Shown: piece by piece, positions 12,497 through 23,999 of the stretch | How the letters are laid out: the number at the start of each line of letters is the position of its first letter | Numbering within the stretch: the stretch's first letter is position 1 | Assembly: GCF_001194135.2 (NCBI RefSeq) | Contig: NC_068997.1 | Span: forward strand, 34,751,655 to 34,807,063 | Direction: 5' to 3' | Length of the DNA stretch: 55,409 nt | DNA from: Octopus bimaculoides | Lineage: Eukaryota | The notes under the pieces: model-generated | What the model was told of the DNA's origin: nothing | Seen by the model: only the letters and a program-made list of their open reading frames with translations | Database searches by the model: none | Position numbers and translations under genes: made by a program

Positions 12497-13103
12497 AATT
12501 TTGGAATCTTTGTGGCTATCGTCACTGCATGTCGAAATCTTAAAAAAAAAATTTAACTTGTTATTCATTTATTCCAGAAAAATTTTGCAAAAATGTTACA
12601 GGTGTTCAAAGTTTCATAAATTTCAGGATTTTCAGCCAATAAGAAAACAGCGCGTTCACATCTTTTTTCTGTCATTTCTCACAGTAGTGAGTAGGGGCAC
12701 GGGCAGTAAACATTAAAAGATTCGCAAGAAAATTAAATATTTAAAAGCTACGAGCAAACCAACCGAACTTACTAGAAATAACAGTCAAAACATTGCTTAA
12801 AACAGACATTTATTATTTTCAAAAGCTCAAGAACCAAAGTTTCTGATACACTCTAGGATTTTATAAAATAAATTGTCTTCCTGATATCTTCTTCTCCACA
12901 TAAATTCACAAAGATAAAAGTCAGCNNNNNNNNNNNNNNNNNNNNNNNNNNNNNNNNNNNNNNNNNNNNNNNNNNNNNNNNNNNNNNNNNNNNNNNNNNN
13001 NNNNNNNNNNNNNNNNNNNNNNNNNNNNNNNNNNNNNNNNNNNNNNNNNNNNNNNNGGAAATAGATTGTAGACAGTGACGATAACCAAAAAGATCCCAAT
13101 TTT
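12497..13103. mobile_element. MITE-like element with degenerate inverted repeats
   Basis: ttggaatctttgtggctatcgtcactg (12501-12527) vs cagtgacgataaccaaaaagatcccaa (13073-13099): 24/27 complementary. Internal N gap. Confidence 0.55.
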
Positions 13104-13155
13104 GTCTCTTCAGGTTTTAGGTGTACATCTCTCTCTCTCTCTCATTCGTTATACA

Positions 13156-13233
<78 letters not shown>

Positions 13234-13259
13234 ATTTTCTCTGTCACTTCCTCTCTCAG

Positions 13260-13438
13260 GCTGCACTGATAGGGTCGGGTATGAACACTAACACTGTCTT
13301 CTTACTCCAAGAAAGGAGTGGGGCTGTGTTAACCGCTTCAAAGCTGTCCGCAGGAATTACACCATGGTAGGCATAAACAGGCTGATATGTTCTACTGTAC
13401 GGAACAGGTTCAGACAATATGTTGTCTGTATGATGTGA
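13260..13438. CDS. Candidate small exon, product unknown (strand ambiguous)
   Basis: Plus option: ttttctctgtcacttcctctctcAG acceptor, 13260-13366, GTAGGC donor, AALIGSGMNTNTVFLLQERSGAVLTASKLSAGITP. Minus option: ttgttcttccttaaatcttctcAG, 13438-13306, GTAAGA donor, SHHTDNILSEPVPYSRTYQPVYAYHGVIPADSFEAVNTAPLLSW. No family recognised. Confidence 0.3.
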
Positions 13439-15904
13439 CTGAGAAGATTTAAGGAAGAACAAAATAAATCAGCGGAAATCACGATAGTATAATTTGTTTA
13501 ATGCATGAGAGTAAGGAAAAAATGTTAAAAGGAAGGGTGGAAAGTGCAAGTAGTGTAAGTAGGCTTCTACGCAGCTTTGAAGTATCTCGCTCAGATCCTC
13601 AGTTTAGCACCATGGTCCAGCTACATTGGACAAAGGTCAGGTACGATAAATTTACTGTATCACTATTAAAAGGCATTAACACCAACGTGAACCTGGCTCG
13701 ACCAATTAGATTAGCTGATGTTTAACAAATAGCGATAGATTTGAAAGTAAATTTTGTGATTTCTCCCGGCAAATTGTTCTGATTGAAGAGATGGGATATT
13801 TAACTTCCGAACAATATAACATTTGATGCTTTAAAGAACACTGTGGGTCAGTTTTCTGAGGTATCCTCACTTTTTCTACTTATTCGATCTTTAATAAACA
13901 TGAAATTTGCATATAAAAACTAAGTATATTGTTTTATTCAAGTGTTCTGGCTATAAAAATTATGGAAGCTTATATAAGTATCATTCTCGCCTTCACACGA
14001 ATAACGGCCCACTAAAGAAGAATGATACGGTCAAGGACTTAAATCAATATCAGTTTATAGCGAAAACTTAAAATATTTCTTAAGAAAACCAGAGGCTAAA
14101 ATGTTTTATAAAAGGGCATAAATGAATCAATATATTATGGGTAAATAATAAATGATATTGAAGGTTAAATATAAATAACTACCCTGGGATATTGTTCTGT
14201 AATAAAATGCTTCGATTAGTGGGACTCTGAATATATAAAAATAAGTACTAATGATTATACAAAAGATTACTTTTTCCAAAAACCAATTTTCGTTTGGAAA
14301 TCATCATTAGATTAAGGTTAAATTTGGTATATAAATGATAATATAAATGATAATAGAACAAATGGTAATCGTTGTTAAACAGTTTAAAGTTAATACCATC
14401 CTTATTTTTAAATAAGAGAAGTAATTCAGTTGTAATAAATCTATGCTGAGTTGATATTTCGTTTTAATGAATTTAAGTTTTCAAAGAAGTACGCGTTTGG
14501 TGAATTCTAACAAACATATAACATATGTTTTTTTAGAAGTAAAGGAGTTTTTTTTTTCCTGAAATGAAAATTTTAGGTTGAAGGCAAAAAGAAACTGGTT
14601 TAATCTTGGTGTGAGGGTGAGAGACTGAGTTGTAGTGTCAATGACAGAGGAAGTAAAAAACCTGTATTTCTGGTTAATGTGTGTGTGTGTGTGTGTGTGA
14701 ACTTTTCTATTTCTCTATTTCTCTATTTCACCCCGTAACTCTATTTCTTGTATATTTAGTAGAAACAAGGTGTCAAGTTTGAAGACTACTAGGACGTTAC
14801 ATGTCATTACTTTTACTCTTTTGTCTCTCTCTTCCTCGAAAGTATTTTTTGGTTAATTTTCTAAGAGTGTTTGTAGTTGGAGCGTGTGTATGGGACATGT
14901 GGTACTGGATATTGTTGCTTAAGCGTGCAGAGTTACAATCAAAGTCATTCCAATCATAACCGTCCCCTGTGTTACTAGATATTATGAGTCTCTTTATAAG
15001 AATATAGGGTGAGACGTGAAGGAGACTTGGTCTCAGATTGGCTCATTCTTGTTGCTGTTCAACTCAAAGCAACACTCGTTGAGTGAAATGTGGTCAAAGA
15101 CTGTAGGGAACATTCCATCGTTGTATCAGTTATCGGTTATGTAGGAGCATGTATTGTGTTGTTTCATTTGGTTTTGGTCATGCAGAATTGAATAAGTTGT
15201 GTGATTTTGTTGAAGGGTTATTATATAGGGTATGTATTGTGCGAATATATGTTTTGTTTCAGTTTTCTTTTGCTATTGAACTAAAAGTATTTTCCGTCGG
15301 ATGTGAACTTTACCTAACAAAGCAAAGTTTTGGAGTGCGAGAGCACTGATGCCACTTGTATTGTTTGTCATGCCAAGTTATCATTGATTGTTGTGACACC
15401 GATGTGGACCTATGTCCGCATCAGTGTCACATTTTGCGTATTTCGGCGTCGAGATTCTTGAGTTTTAACAGCTTCTCCATTTCTTTTCAAGTAATAGTTT
15501 GACTAAAAAGAATTATGATGCCTCTTAGAATACTAGTATCTCTGTTTCAGTTATTGGATATTGTATCTGGATGTAGTCCGTGATAATCACAAAGTGAAAA
15601 TGTTAGACAATCAAGTATTTCAAAGTCCAGAAAGAGCCTTCTTCCTTGCGTGTGTAGGAAATTTGGATTATGAAGAAGGAACTTCAGGATTGCCTCATAA
15701 CAGTTTCTCATGACAACTAAAAACAGTTCATCGCCAGAACACAGGACCAAAGAGGAGATCTGTAGATACATTTCCTCTACTTCTATTATTGTTGCTCAAC
15801 GCTGGCCACTGCTATCATGCTGAACAGCAGGCTATACTGGATGCTGTATTGTTGAAACTTCTGCACCCTAACGGAGGACGAAGACTACGCAAGTATACTC
15901 AAGT

Positions 15905-16066
15905 TCAGTTCTATATTTAAGAGAAGAGGAATTATGTACATCCGACGGATATTTGTCCTCAACTTGTTTGTTGTCAACGCAACGTTTCGGCTGATATACC
16001 CTCCAAACTTCTTGGGGAAATTTCGAACTTAAGGTATTTTTCGATGTTGTTGTTGTTATTATTATG

Positions 16067-16099
<33 letters not shown>

Positions 16100-17553
16100 G
16101 TTATTGTTCAGGTTACTACTTGGAATCGAACTCGGGATTAGTAGCCCGCGTACTTAACTACTACGCCATATGCCCGTGCGCAATTATGGAGTGAATTTTA
16201 GGGCTTATAAATCTAATATTTTTTCTATCCTTCCTTAATACCCGTTCCCATATGCTGCTCATATCTGCACTCGGTCTGCTCAAGGGGTTGTTGTGTCCTA
16301 GCATATGTGTTGCTTCTTTTAGTTTTCGTATTTTCCAGTGGTGTTCTCTGTCTATCATTTTAACTTCATCCCACAGGGGGAGGTGATCTCCATTTTTCCA
16401 TACATGATCAGCTATACCCGATTTATCAATATCTCTTCGTGTCACAGCTTTGCGATATTCGTCTGCCCTTATTTTGAGGGGGCGACATGTTTCACCTTTG
16501 TATACCCTACCACAGCTGCATGGGATGGAGTACACGCAGTCTTTGGTCATATTCNNNNNNNNNNGCATGGGATGGAGTACACGCAGTCTTTGGTCATATT
16601 CTCTTCTATTGGTGGTTTTACTCGAAGGAGATGTTTGCGAAGTGTTGTATTACTATTGAATACTGCCCTGATGTCATATGGGCCACATATCTTTTGTATT
16701 TTTTCGGAGAGGCCTTTCACATTGGGTAGACAAACTGTGGAGAGTTTATTGGCCTCATCCTTTCTCTTCTTCATAAATGGAGTGAACAGTATACTTTTGG
16801 GGTATACTTTTGCTTAACAGATCGTTATTGAGCTTGATCATTTCTTCGTGGTGGGTATCATGATCACTACTTATATTCATTGCTCAATGTTTTAGGCACT
16901 GAGCAATCTCCCTCTTTACACTGGATGGTGGGAATTGAAATTGAGGTATCGTCCAGTAAAGTTCGGCTTGTGGTATACGGATGTCTTGAATCCATACTTG
17001 GTGCGTCCAGGAATGCCAGCTGATTGTCTTTTTCCTTTTCCATTGTGAACTGTATGGATGGCTTTATTGAGTTCACATGATCTAACAGCACTTGAACATC
17101 TTCCTGGTGAGGCCAGAGTGTAAAGATGTCCTCAACATATCGTAGCCATAGTGTTGGTTTTAGTGGTGTTGATCCTGAAGCCAAATTCTCAAAGTATTCC
17201 ATGTATACATTGGCTATTATTGGTGATAATGGCGAACCCGTAGCTAAACCCTCTTCTTGTCGATATATATCAGTTTCTCTTGATGGAAACGTTCTCTTGA
17301 TGGAAACTTTCTCTTGATGGAAACTTGATGGAGAAAGTTTCCATCAAGTGAAACATTTCCATCAAGAGAAACTTGGTGGAAATGTTGACCTTCTGTGTAG
17401 AAACTACCTACTTCAGTATATTAATAATAACATCGAAAAATACCTTAGGTTCGAAATTTTCACAAGAAGGCTGGAGGGTATATCAGCCGAAACGTTGCTA
17501 ACAACAAACAAGATGAGAACAAATATCCGTCGGATGTAAATAATATAGATAAT
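15905..17553 (-). mobile_element. Penelope-like element (Poseidon/Penelope-type), 5'-truncated, with inverted terminal pLTR copies and 13 bp TSD
   Basis: YRQEEGLATGSPLSPIIANVYMEYFE; WLRYVEDIF; SIQFTMEKEKDNQLAFLD; DCVYSIPCSCGRVYKGET (GIY-YIG). 15933-16050 is the reverse complement of 17425-17543. gtatactcaagtt occurs at 15892-15904 and 17554-17566. Confidence 0.93.
16108..16175 (-). ncRNA. tRNA-derived segment (Pol III A/B boxes) directly after the PLE ORF; not a full tRNA
   Basis: gggcataTGGCGTAGTAGTTAAG...gggctactaatccc-GAGTTCGATTCC followed by (AAT)n. Too short for a canonical cloverleaf. Confidence 0.7.
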
Positions 17554-18099
17554 GTATACTCAAGTTATTGACAGAAATATACATCATGAGTTTCCTGGTG
17601 TCGCTTGGTGAATTATCTCGGTTATAGTCATTTGAAGAGGAAGAATTATATCTGGTTTGCCTTGGCACATCGCAAATGTTTGTGGCCGTGTTTGGTACAT
17701 ATCAGTATCAGTATAGTGTTACGTACATATCGATACATTCGTGTGTCCATTTTCATATCAGTATTAGCATCTTTCCCAGAGATTACAGCTGTTGACTCGA
17801 TAGTCGTATAACCTACACATGATATTAACATAATTTTATGGTTGTTTGTACCAAGGTATCAGTCTTTTACAATAAAAATCAAAATTTCCGTTTACTTTTG
17901 GACCAGATCTTTTGAGCAATACTTTGTTTTTGATCGGATTTATATCTTGTCGAGCCTTGGGAAATATTGACTGGTTTTCTTTCCGTTTCTCTTCAGTATA
18001 TTTTTTCATTCTGTTTTGATTTTGTCGAGATTTCAAAGCTGTTTTGTCCTTGTCTGAATTCTCATTTTACTTTCCTGCTAGTATTTTATCATCTCGTAA

Positions 18100-18226
18100 C
18101 ACATACATACATACATACATACATACATACATACATACATACATACATACATACGTTCATACATACATACATACATACATACATACATACATACATACGT
18201 ACGTACGTACGTACGTACGTATGTAT
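18100..18226. repeat. (TACA)n / (TACG)n microsatellite
   Basis: Tetranucleotide array grading from TACA into TACG. Confidence 0.95.
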
Positions 18227-18879
18227 GTATTATGTATCAACGAGTGGATTCATGCATCTTATCTTATTTTGGCATTGAGTTCAATACTTAATATTCGCTT
18301 GGCTCGCTTTTTTTTTTACTTTCCTGTGTGTTCTAGTTTATCAGCTTCATCTCCACTTAGGTATATTTATAAGTGGTTTTAGTCTGATTCTTTCATTTAA
18401 CTACGTCTAATTTAATACTTTTAGCGCAAGTTAATTTATCTCTGCTTATAGTGTCTTTGACACATTTATTTCATTACATATATATTTTTATAGCTGAATT
18501 CATGAAGAATATTTTAAGGTTTCTAGATAGAAATATGTCATGTAACTATTTTCATGCCTTACATCTAGAAAAGATTAAGCAATCTCCCCTGTATCTATAG
18601 CTCTAGGCTCAAGTATTACGGACGAAATAAACTATAAACTTAATTCGCCCATATCTGAACCCAGGAGTGTTTTTGCTTAACAGGTTTATTAATGAAGTCA
18701 GAGATAAACAAAAAATTAGGGAGTGGATTTCCACGGAAGATTCTTCTTATGGGTATAGGTATGAGTTTATTTAAAGCATACATTTATTTTCGATTTGTAA
18801 TGATATTGTTGCTTTTCATATTGATAAGGTTTTTAAGTGATATATTTTATAAATACTAGTGGTTACATTTTTCACTTAC

Positions 18880-19300
18880 AGCGCCTCCAATATCCGGTGG
18901 TGTAGGACGCTATAAAGTGCCTTTTAATAATCAACCCATATAATTCTCATGTCTGTTTTCGTCTTTTCACTATCTTCCATCTAATTGCTTGGTTTCACCA
19001 GTAGCTACTCTTTACAGAAGAGCATTTTTTTACGGCATTCTTTCTGCCCCTCTGATAATTTATTATTGTTCTCCTGATGCCTAACCAATCTACTGCACAA
19101 TATGGATGTAGGGTACTTATAGATATTGTTGGCAAATATATTAGAGACGTATAATTTTGTGGTAGATTTAGTGCATTTGTAGTTTTAAAATTTTGCTCGT
19201 GGATGCCCCCTTCAGTATCAAGGAGATATTGTGCTTGATTTTCTTCTCATTTCATTGGATACTGCTGCCATGAGCAATGTTCAGATGCTTCATCCGGGAA
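18880..19300 (-). mobile_element. Ancient R4/Dong-like LINE RT remnant
   Basis: Minus strand IWVDY*KALYSVLHHRILEAL corresponds to WIDYRKVFDRVPHNWILKAL of the 27.8-28.2 kb copy. Confidence 0.55.
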
Positions 19301-19529
19301 CTGGGGATCCTGTTACAACTACTTAGAATTCACAATGAATTGGTGAGGAGTTTTGCCAGTTAAGGATTTTTTTACCAACTTTCCTTCTGATATTATTATC
19401 GTATTGTTTCTTGAATTCTGCTTGAATTTTTGATGCAGTCTGTGTATCTACCAGCGATTATAGCGTTTTGTTAGTATTCTCTTACAAACATTCTGTATTT
19501 TATAAAAATACTTTGCTAGTACTTTGTTG

Positions 19530-19622
19530 TTGTTGTTGTTGCTCTTCTTCTTCTTCTTCTTCTTCTTCTTCTTCTTCTTCTTCTTCTTCTTCTTCTTCTT
19601 CTTCTTCTTCTTCTTCTTCATT
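19530..19622. repeat. (TTG)n(CTT)n microsatellite
   Basis: Trinucleotide runs. Confidence 0.95.
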
Positions 19623-19675
19623 CTTTTGGTTCAATCTACTCATATGTTTTAAAAATTATCTCTAGTCTATTAATG

Positions 19676-19724
<49 letters not shown>

Positions 19725-20549
19725 TACGTGCGAGCGTGTATGTGTATCATATATATATATATATATTAGTTGGGGAACACAGAAACGCATACATGCATAT
19801 CTACACAGTGCATGTATGTGTATGTGTGTGTGCATGTGATTGTGTATAAAATATCACACGCGCAGATAAATATAAACACAAATAGACAGAAGCCAAAATC
19901 TAATGAACGCAGTCATACTCCTTTTGAAGTTTCAGGTTTCTCAGCGTGTGTAGCGGTCAAACTGCTGTGTTGTTTGCTCTATTATATCTGGACTGATATC
20001 AGATCCTAAACTGTCAACAGACACTGTGTTCCTCATTTTTTTTTTAATAAAAGCTATAAATCCTAGTCTTTAGGAATGCGGGTGAACTATGAAATCAAAG
20101 AAGTGACAAAAAATATTATCCCTGCACAGACAGGAAATTATATTTCAATTAGGCAAAATCTAATTTAAAATTTCAAAAATGAAACTCTCTCGGATTAGCA
20201 AACATATTTATCTTTCCCTCCCTACATATTTGTAAGTATGTGTGTATATTTGTTTGTGTATGTGTGTGGTATTCATATAAATATTTGATGCAAATATCTA
20301 TTTTTAGTTAAGTTATTTAGGACTAGGAAGGCCTAAGAAAGGCTAATATAGCTGTAATTAACGTCCTTAAATTCAGTCTAATCTTCACAGTTATAAAGAA
20401 TAATATGATATTGAAGCGAACAAAAAGTAATATTGCGAAAACCCCACCCTCTCAACTAAGTAGTATCTATATATAAACACTGATGTACTTTATTTGAGCT
20501 CATCACAACTAAACAACAAATGTGATACTTAGTATCATTCACATGAAGA

Positions 20550-21229
20550 AAAATACTGGTTTCAAAGTTTGGCACAAGGCCAGAAATTTGGGGACAGGGG
20601 ATAGGTGGGTTACATCAACTCCAGTTCTCGACTGGTACCTATTCTTTTGACTCCGAAAAGATGAAACGCTAAGTCGACCTTGGCAGCGTGAAAAGCCGGA
20701 CGAAATACCCCTAAGTTCTTTTCCCGGCGCGCTACCGATTCTGCCAACTCGCCGCCTTCACATAAAGAAATACTACTGAATTCAGAAATAATCTTTTGTA
20801 CTGTAGTCAAAAGGCCTGAAATGTTGGGGAAGGGGTTAATCAATAACATCAACCGTAGGACTTGACTGATACTTATTTTATCGACGTAAAATGATGAAAG
20901 GCGGAGTCGACCTCGAAGGAATTTAGACTCAGAATATAAAGCCGGAATAAACGTTAAGCATTTTGTTCGACCCTCTAACGATCCTGTCAGTTCGCCATTT
21001 TTAAATTTAGAAATATTGGCATCAAATTTTGGCACAAGGCCAGTAATTTCGGACGAAGGAGTAAATCGTTTACATCGACCCCAGTGCTCGACTGGTACTT
21101 ATCTTATCGACACCGAAATAAGAAAGGCAAAGTCGACCTCAGCGGCATTTGAATTCAGAACGTAAAGACGGACAAGATGCCGCTAAGCAATTCGTCCAGT
21201 GCACTAACGATTCTGCTGACTCACTGCCT
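20550..21229 (-). mobile_element. Three tandem tRNA-derived SINE copies (about 20550-20760, 20805-21000, 21020-21229)
   Basis: Each has gg(c)cacaagg/aaaggcc, cgactggtac(t)tat, gtcgacct and a tRNA head ending ...ccgcctt or a variant. The third copy is flanked by the TSD ttaaatttagaaatattg (21001-21018, 21230-21247). Confidence 0.85.
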
Positions 21230-22827
21230 TTAAATTTAGAAATATTGAACTGAATAGCAAGTAGTTCATTATTTTAAAGTTTAATGCAGTTAGTAGGTTC
21301 AATTTTATGAAGGCACTGGTTATTTTGTTCAAATCAGCATGTCGACTTTTCTTTTGGGTGTAATTGTTTTGAGTCTGACGACATCGTCAATGGACGAATA
21401 TAAAGGATTAGATAAAAATCAACTGACAGTGAAACAAGTAATCAAATCAAATAAAGTATAATCATAGCTGAAAGTGTATGCTGACTTGTCAAAAGTTGAT
21501 GAAACAGCGGAATGGAACATATTTCTTAAAATATCATTTCTATGTGAATTTGTTAATATATTTTTCTGAGTCCCCTTTGTAATGTTTTGCCATTATCTAA
21601 TTATTACTTCTGTCTGAGCGTCACGTTATTTTGGCGTTGTCAATGTGTTTCTGAATAGTAAGTGATTTTTTTCCGATTCGGATGTTGGTTATTGATTCAA
21701 CCTCTCTACTTTTGTACAATTCCTCAAACATCTAAGAAGTGCATCGTAGAGTGAAGAAGAGATCTGGCAGGCAGTTAAGAGTTTCTGAGAAGATAAAGCT
21801 GGCAGCTAAGAGGAAAGTTATTATATATATGTATATCTACGAGCAATGTTAAGGAGTCTGAAAATTCTATGGACATAGTGCATAAGAATAGCATTGCAAA
21901 ACCTAGAATATGAACAAAGAATTGCAAAATGGAAACCAATGATTTCAAAAGCTAATAAGATTGAGCTTAAGGAATTCTGCAACAAGAAAGACAAGTTTTG
22001 ATCGTCAAGAATATGGTCTGACAAAAGCGAATTCTATTAGTTTTCCAATTAAAGGCATATATATATATATANNNNNNNNNNNNNNNNNNNNNNNNNNNNN
22101 NNNNNNNNNNNNNNNNNNNNNNNNNNNNNNNNNNNNNNNNNNNNNNNNNNNNNNNNNNNNNNNNNNNNNNNNNNNNNNNNNNNNNNNNNNNNNNNNNNNN
22201 NNNNNNNNNNNNNNNNNNNNNNNNNNNNNNNNNNNNNNNNNNNNNNNNNNNNNNNNNNNNNNNNNNNNNNNNNNNNNNNNNNNNNNNNNNNNNNNNNNNN
22301 NNNNNNNNNNNNNNNNNNNNNNNNNNNNNNNNNNNNNNNNNNNNNNNNNNNNNNNNNNNNNNNNNNNNNNNNNNNNNNNNNNNNNNNNNNNNNNNNNNNN
22401 NNNNNNNNNNNNNNNNNNNNNNNNNNNNNNNNNNNNNNNNNNNNNNNNNNNNNNNNNNNNNNNNNNNNNNNNNNNNNNNNNNNNNNNNNNNNNNNNNNNN
22501 NNNNNNNNNNNNNNNNNNNNNNNNNNNNNNNNNNNNNNNNNNNNNNNNNNNNNNNNNNNNNNNNNNNNNNNNNNNNNNNNNNNNNNNNNNNNNNNNNNNN
22601 NNNNNNNNNNNNNNNNNNNNNNNNNNNNNNNNNNNNNNNNNNNNNNNNNNNNNNNNNNNNNNNNNNNNNNNNNNNNNNNNNNNNNNNNNNNNNNNNNNNN
22701 NNNNNNNNNNNNNNNNNNNNNNNNNNNNNNNNNNNNNNNNNNNNNNNNNNNNNNNNNNNNNNNNNNNNNNNNNNNNNNNNNNNNNNNNNNNNNNNNNNNN
22801 NNNNNNNNNNNNNNNNNNNNNNNNNNN

Positions 22828-22876
<49 letters not shown>
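22828..22876. repeat. (TAGA)n microsatellite
   Basis: Tetranucleotide run at a gap edge. Confidence 0.95.
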
Positions 22877-22999
22877 GGGTGTATTTTTCCCTTGTTAACA
22901 ATTAACCTGGAAAGAATAGATAAATAGTTACCAGGGTAGCAAAAATCACACAAGTAAAAAGTTGTAACTCCTTGTTTTTAAAGGTAGAAACCCCTGGTT

Positions 23000-23950
23000 T
23001 ACCTGAAATATTTTGTATAATATAAATAAATGGAGTTAAACGCAGGTTTTATTCAAATTCTTTTACTTCCGACATGTTTCGAAGATATCACTGGTATTAT
23101 TCCAAAGGAATTAAATGGTGTAAAACAATGAAATCTTCTCTTCAGGGAAATGAAGAAATGAAACTCATCAATAAGACATTTTAACAGAATATGATGGATA
23201 TGTATTGTGATTAACTGAAAGCTAAGTTTGTTTCAAAAACGTTAGACGATATAACGTTAAAGGTAGCCTATAGAAAGAGGAGGGGTAAAAGAAGAAAGAA
23301 GAAACCAAATAAATTAGAAGTATATAACTATATGTATACTAAATAAAACTAGGAAAAAAGTATATTTAGTGAATGTGAAATGTAAGAAGAAATTTTATGT
23401 TTAAATTATATATGATAGATATCACTTATATGAATTAAAAGTGTGTTTCTGCCAATGTTTACATCGGTATGCACGTTCTATAACAGTGTTTACAAGGAGA
23501 TTTTTAGAAAAAAAGAATTAAAAAATAGTTCAGAATTACAGAGAAGACAGAATTCCTTGCCTTTGTCTCATAAGGTATCGAGATTGAGAGAATCAACCAA
23601 TCTAAATTAAATTGCTTACTGTGGTCTTTTAGATACCAATTTAATTTACTAAGCCCTGTACTGTTACGTTTATTCCTATCCCTAAATGTAGAGTAAGGAT
23701 TAGAAATTCTTTTAGATAACTGAGAAGATGTGCTGCCAATATAAAAAAATACTTCATTACCAGAAGTAATTTTACACTGGTATATAGAATTTTTAATTTT
23801 AGAATTACTTCACATAAACTTGATTCTGTTGTAATTGACTTCAGATACAATAACCTTGTTATTAATATTTCTAGGGGGATTGATGGTATTTGCTAAATGA
23901 ATGTTAGTATTAGTAAATGTATCGATATTTAATAGTTTAATATTATGTGA
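23000..23950 (-). mobile_element. Penelope-like element (Naiad-like) GIY-YIG domain and 3' pLTR
   Basis: SIYQCKITSGNEVFFYIGSTSSQLSKRISNPYSTFRDRNKRNSTGLSKLNWYLKDHSKQFNLDWLIL, then after a frameshift FCLLCNSE. A hammerhead lies downstream. Confidence 0.85.
23066..23150 (-). ncRNA. Type I minimal hammerhead ribozyme with intact core
   Basis: tttcc-CTGAAGA-gaagat-(46 nt loop)-atcttc-GAAA-catg-TC-ggaag. Stem I is ttcc/ggaa, stem II is 6 bp perfect, stem III is the palindrome CATG, and the cleavage triplet is GUC. Confidence 0.85.
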
Positions 23951-23999
23951 AGAGATAATTTGTAAGAGATTCTTTGTGTTAGAAAAACCGTGTGTGAGT

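Noticed and set aside
16505-16600. 37 bp direct repeat gcatgggatggagtacacgcagtctttggtcatattc
   Set aside because: The two copies flank a 10 N gap, typical of an unmerged contig overlap.
14950-18050. Sequence flanking the TSD-bounded PLE (14950-15891 and 17567-18050) as an older element or exon
   Set aside because: Faint PLE-like and exon-like readings exist (e.g. YWILYLDVVRDNHKVKML on plus), but none is strong enough to assign.
21750-22050. EEEIWQAVKSF*EDKAG and downstream LINE-like text
   Set aside because: Possibly a very old LINE remnant, but there are too few motifs to assign a clade.
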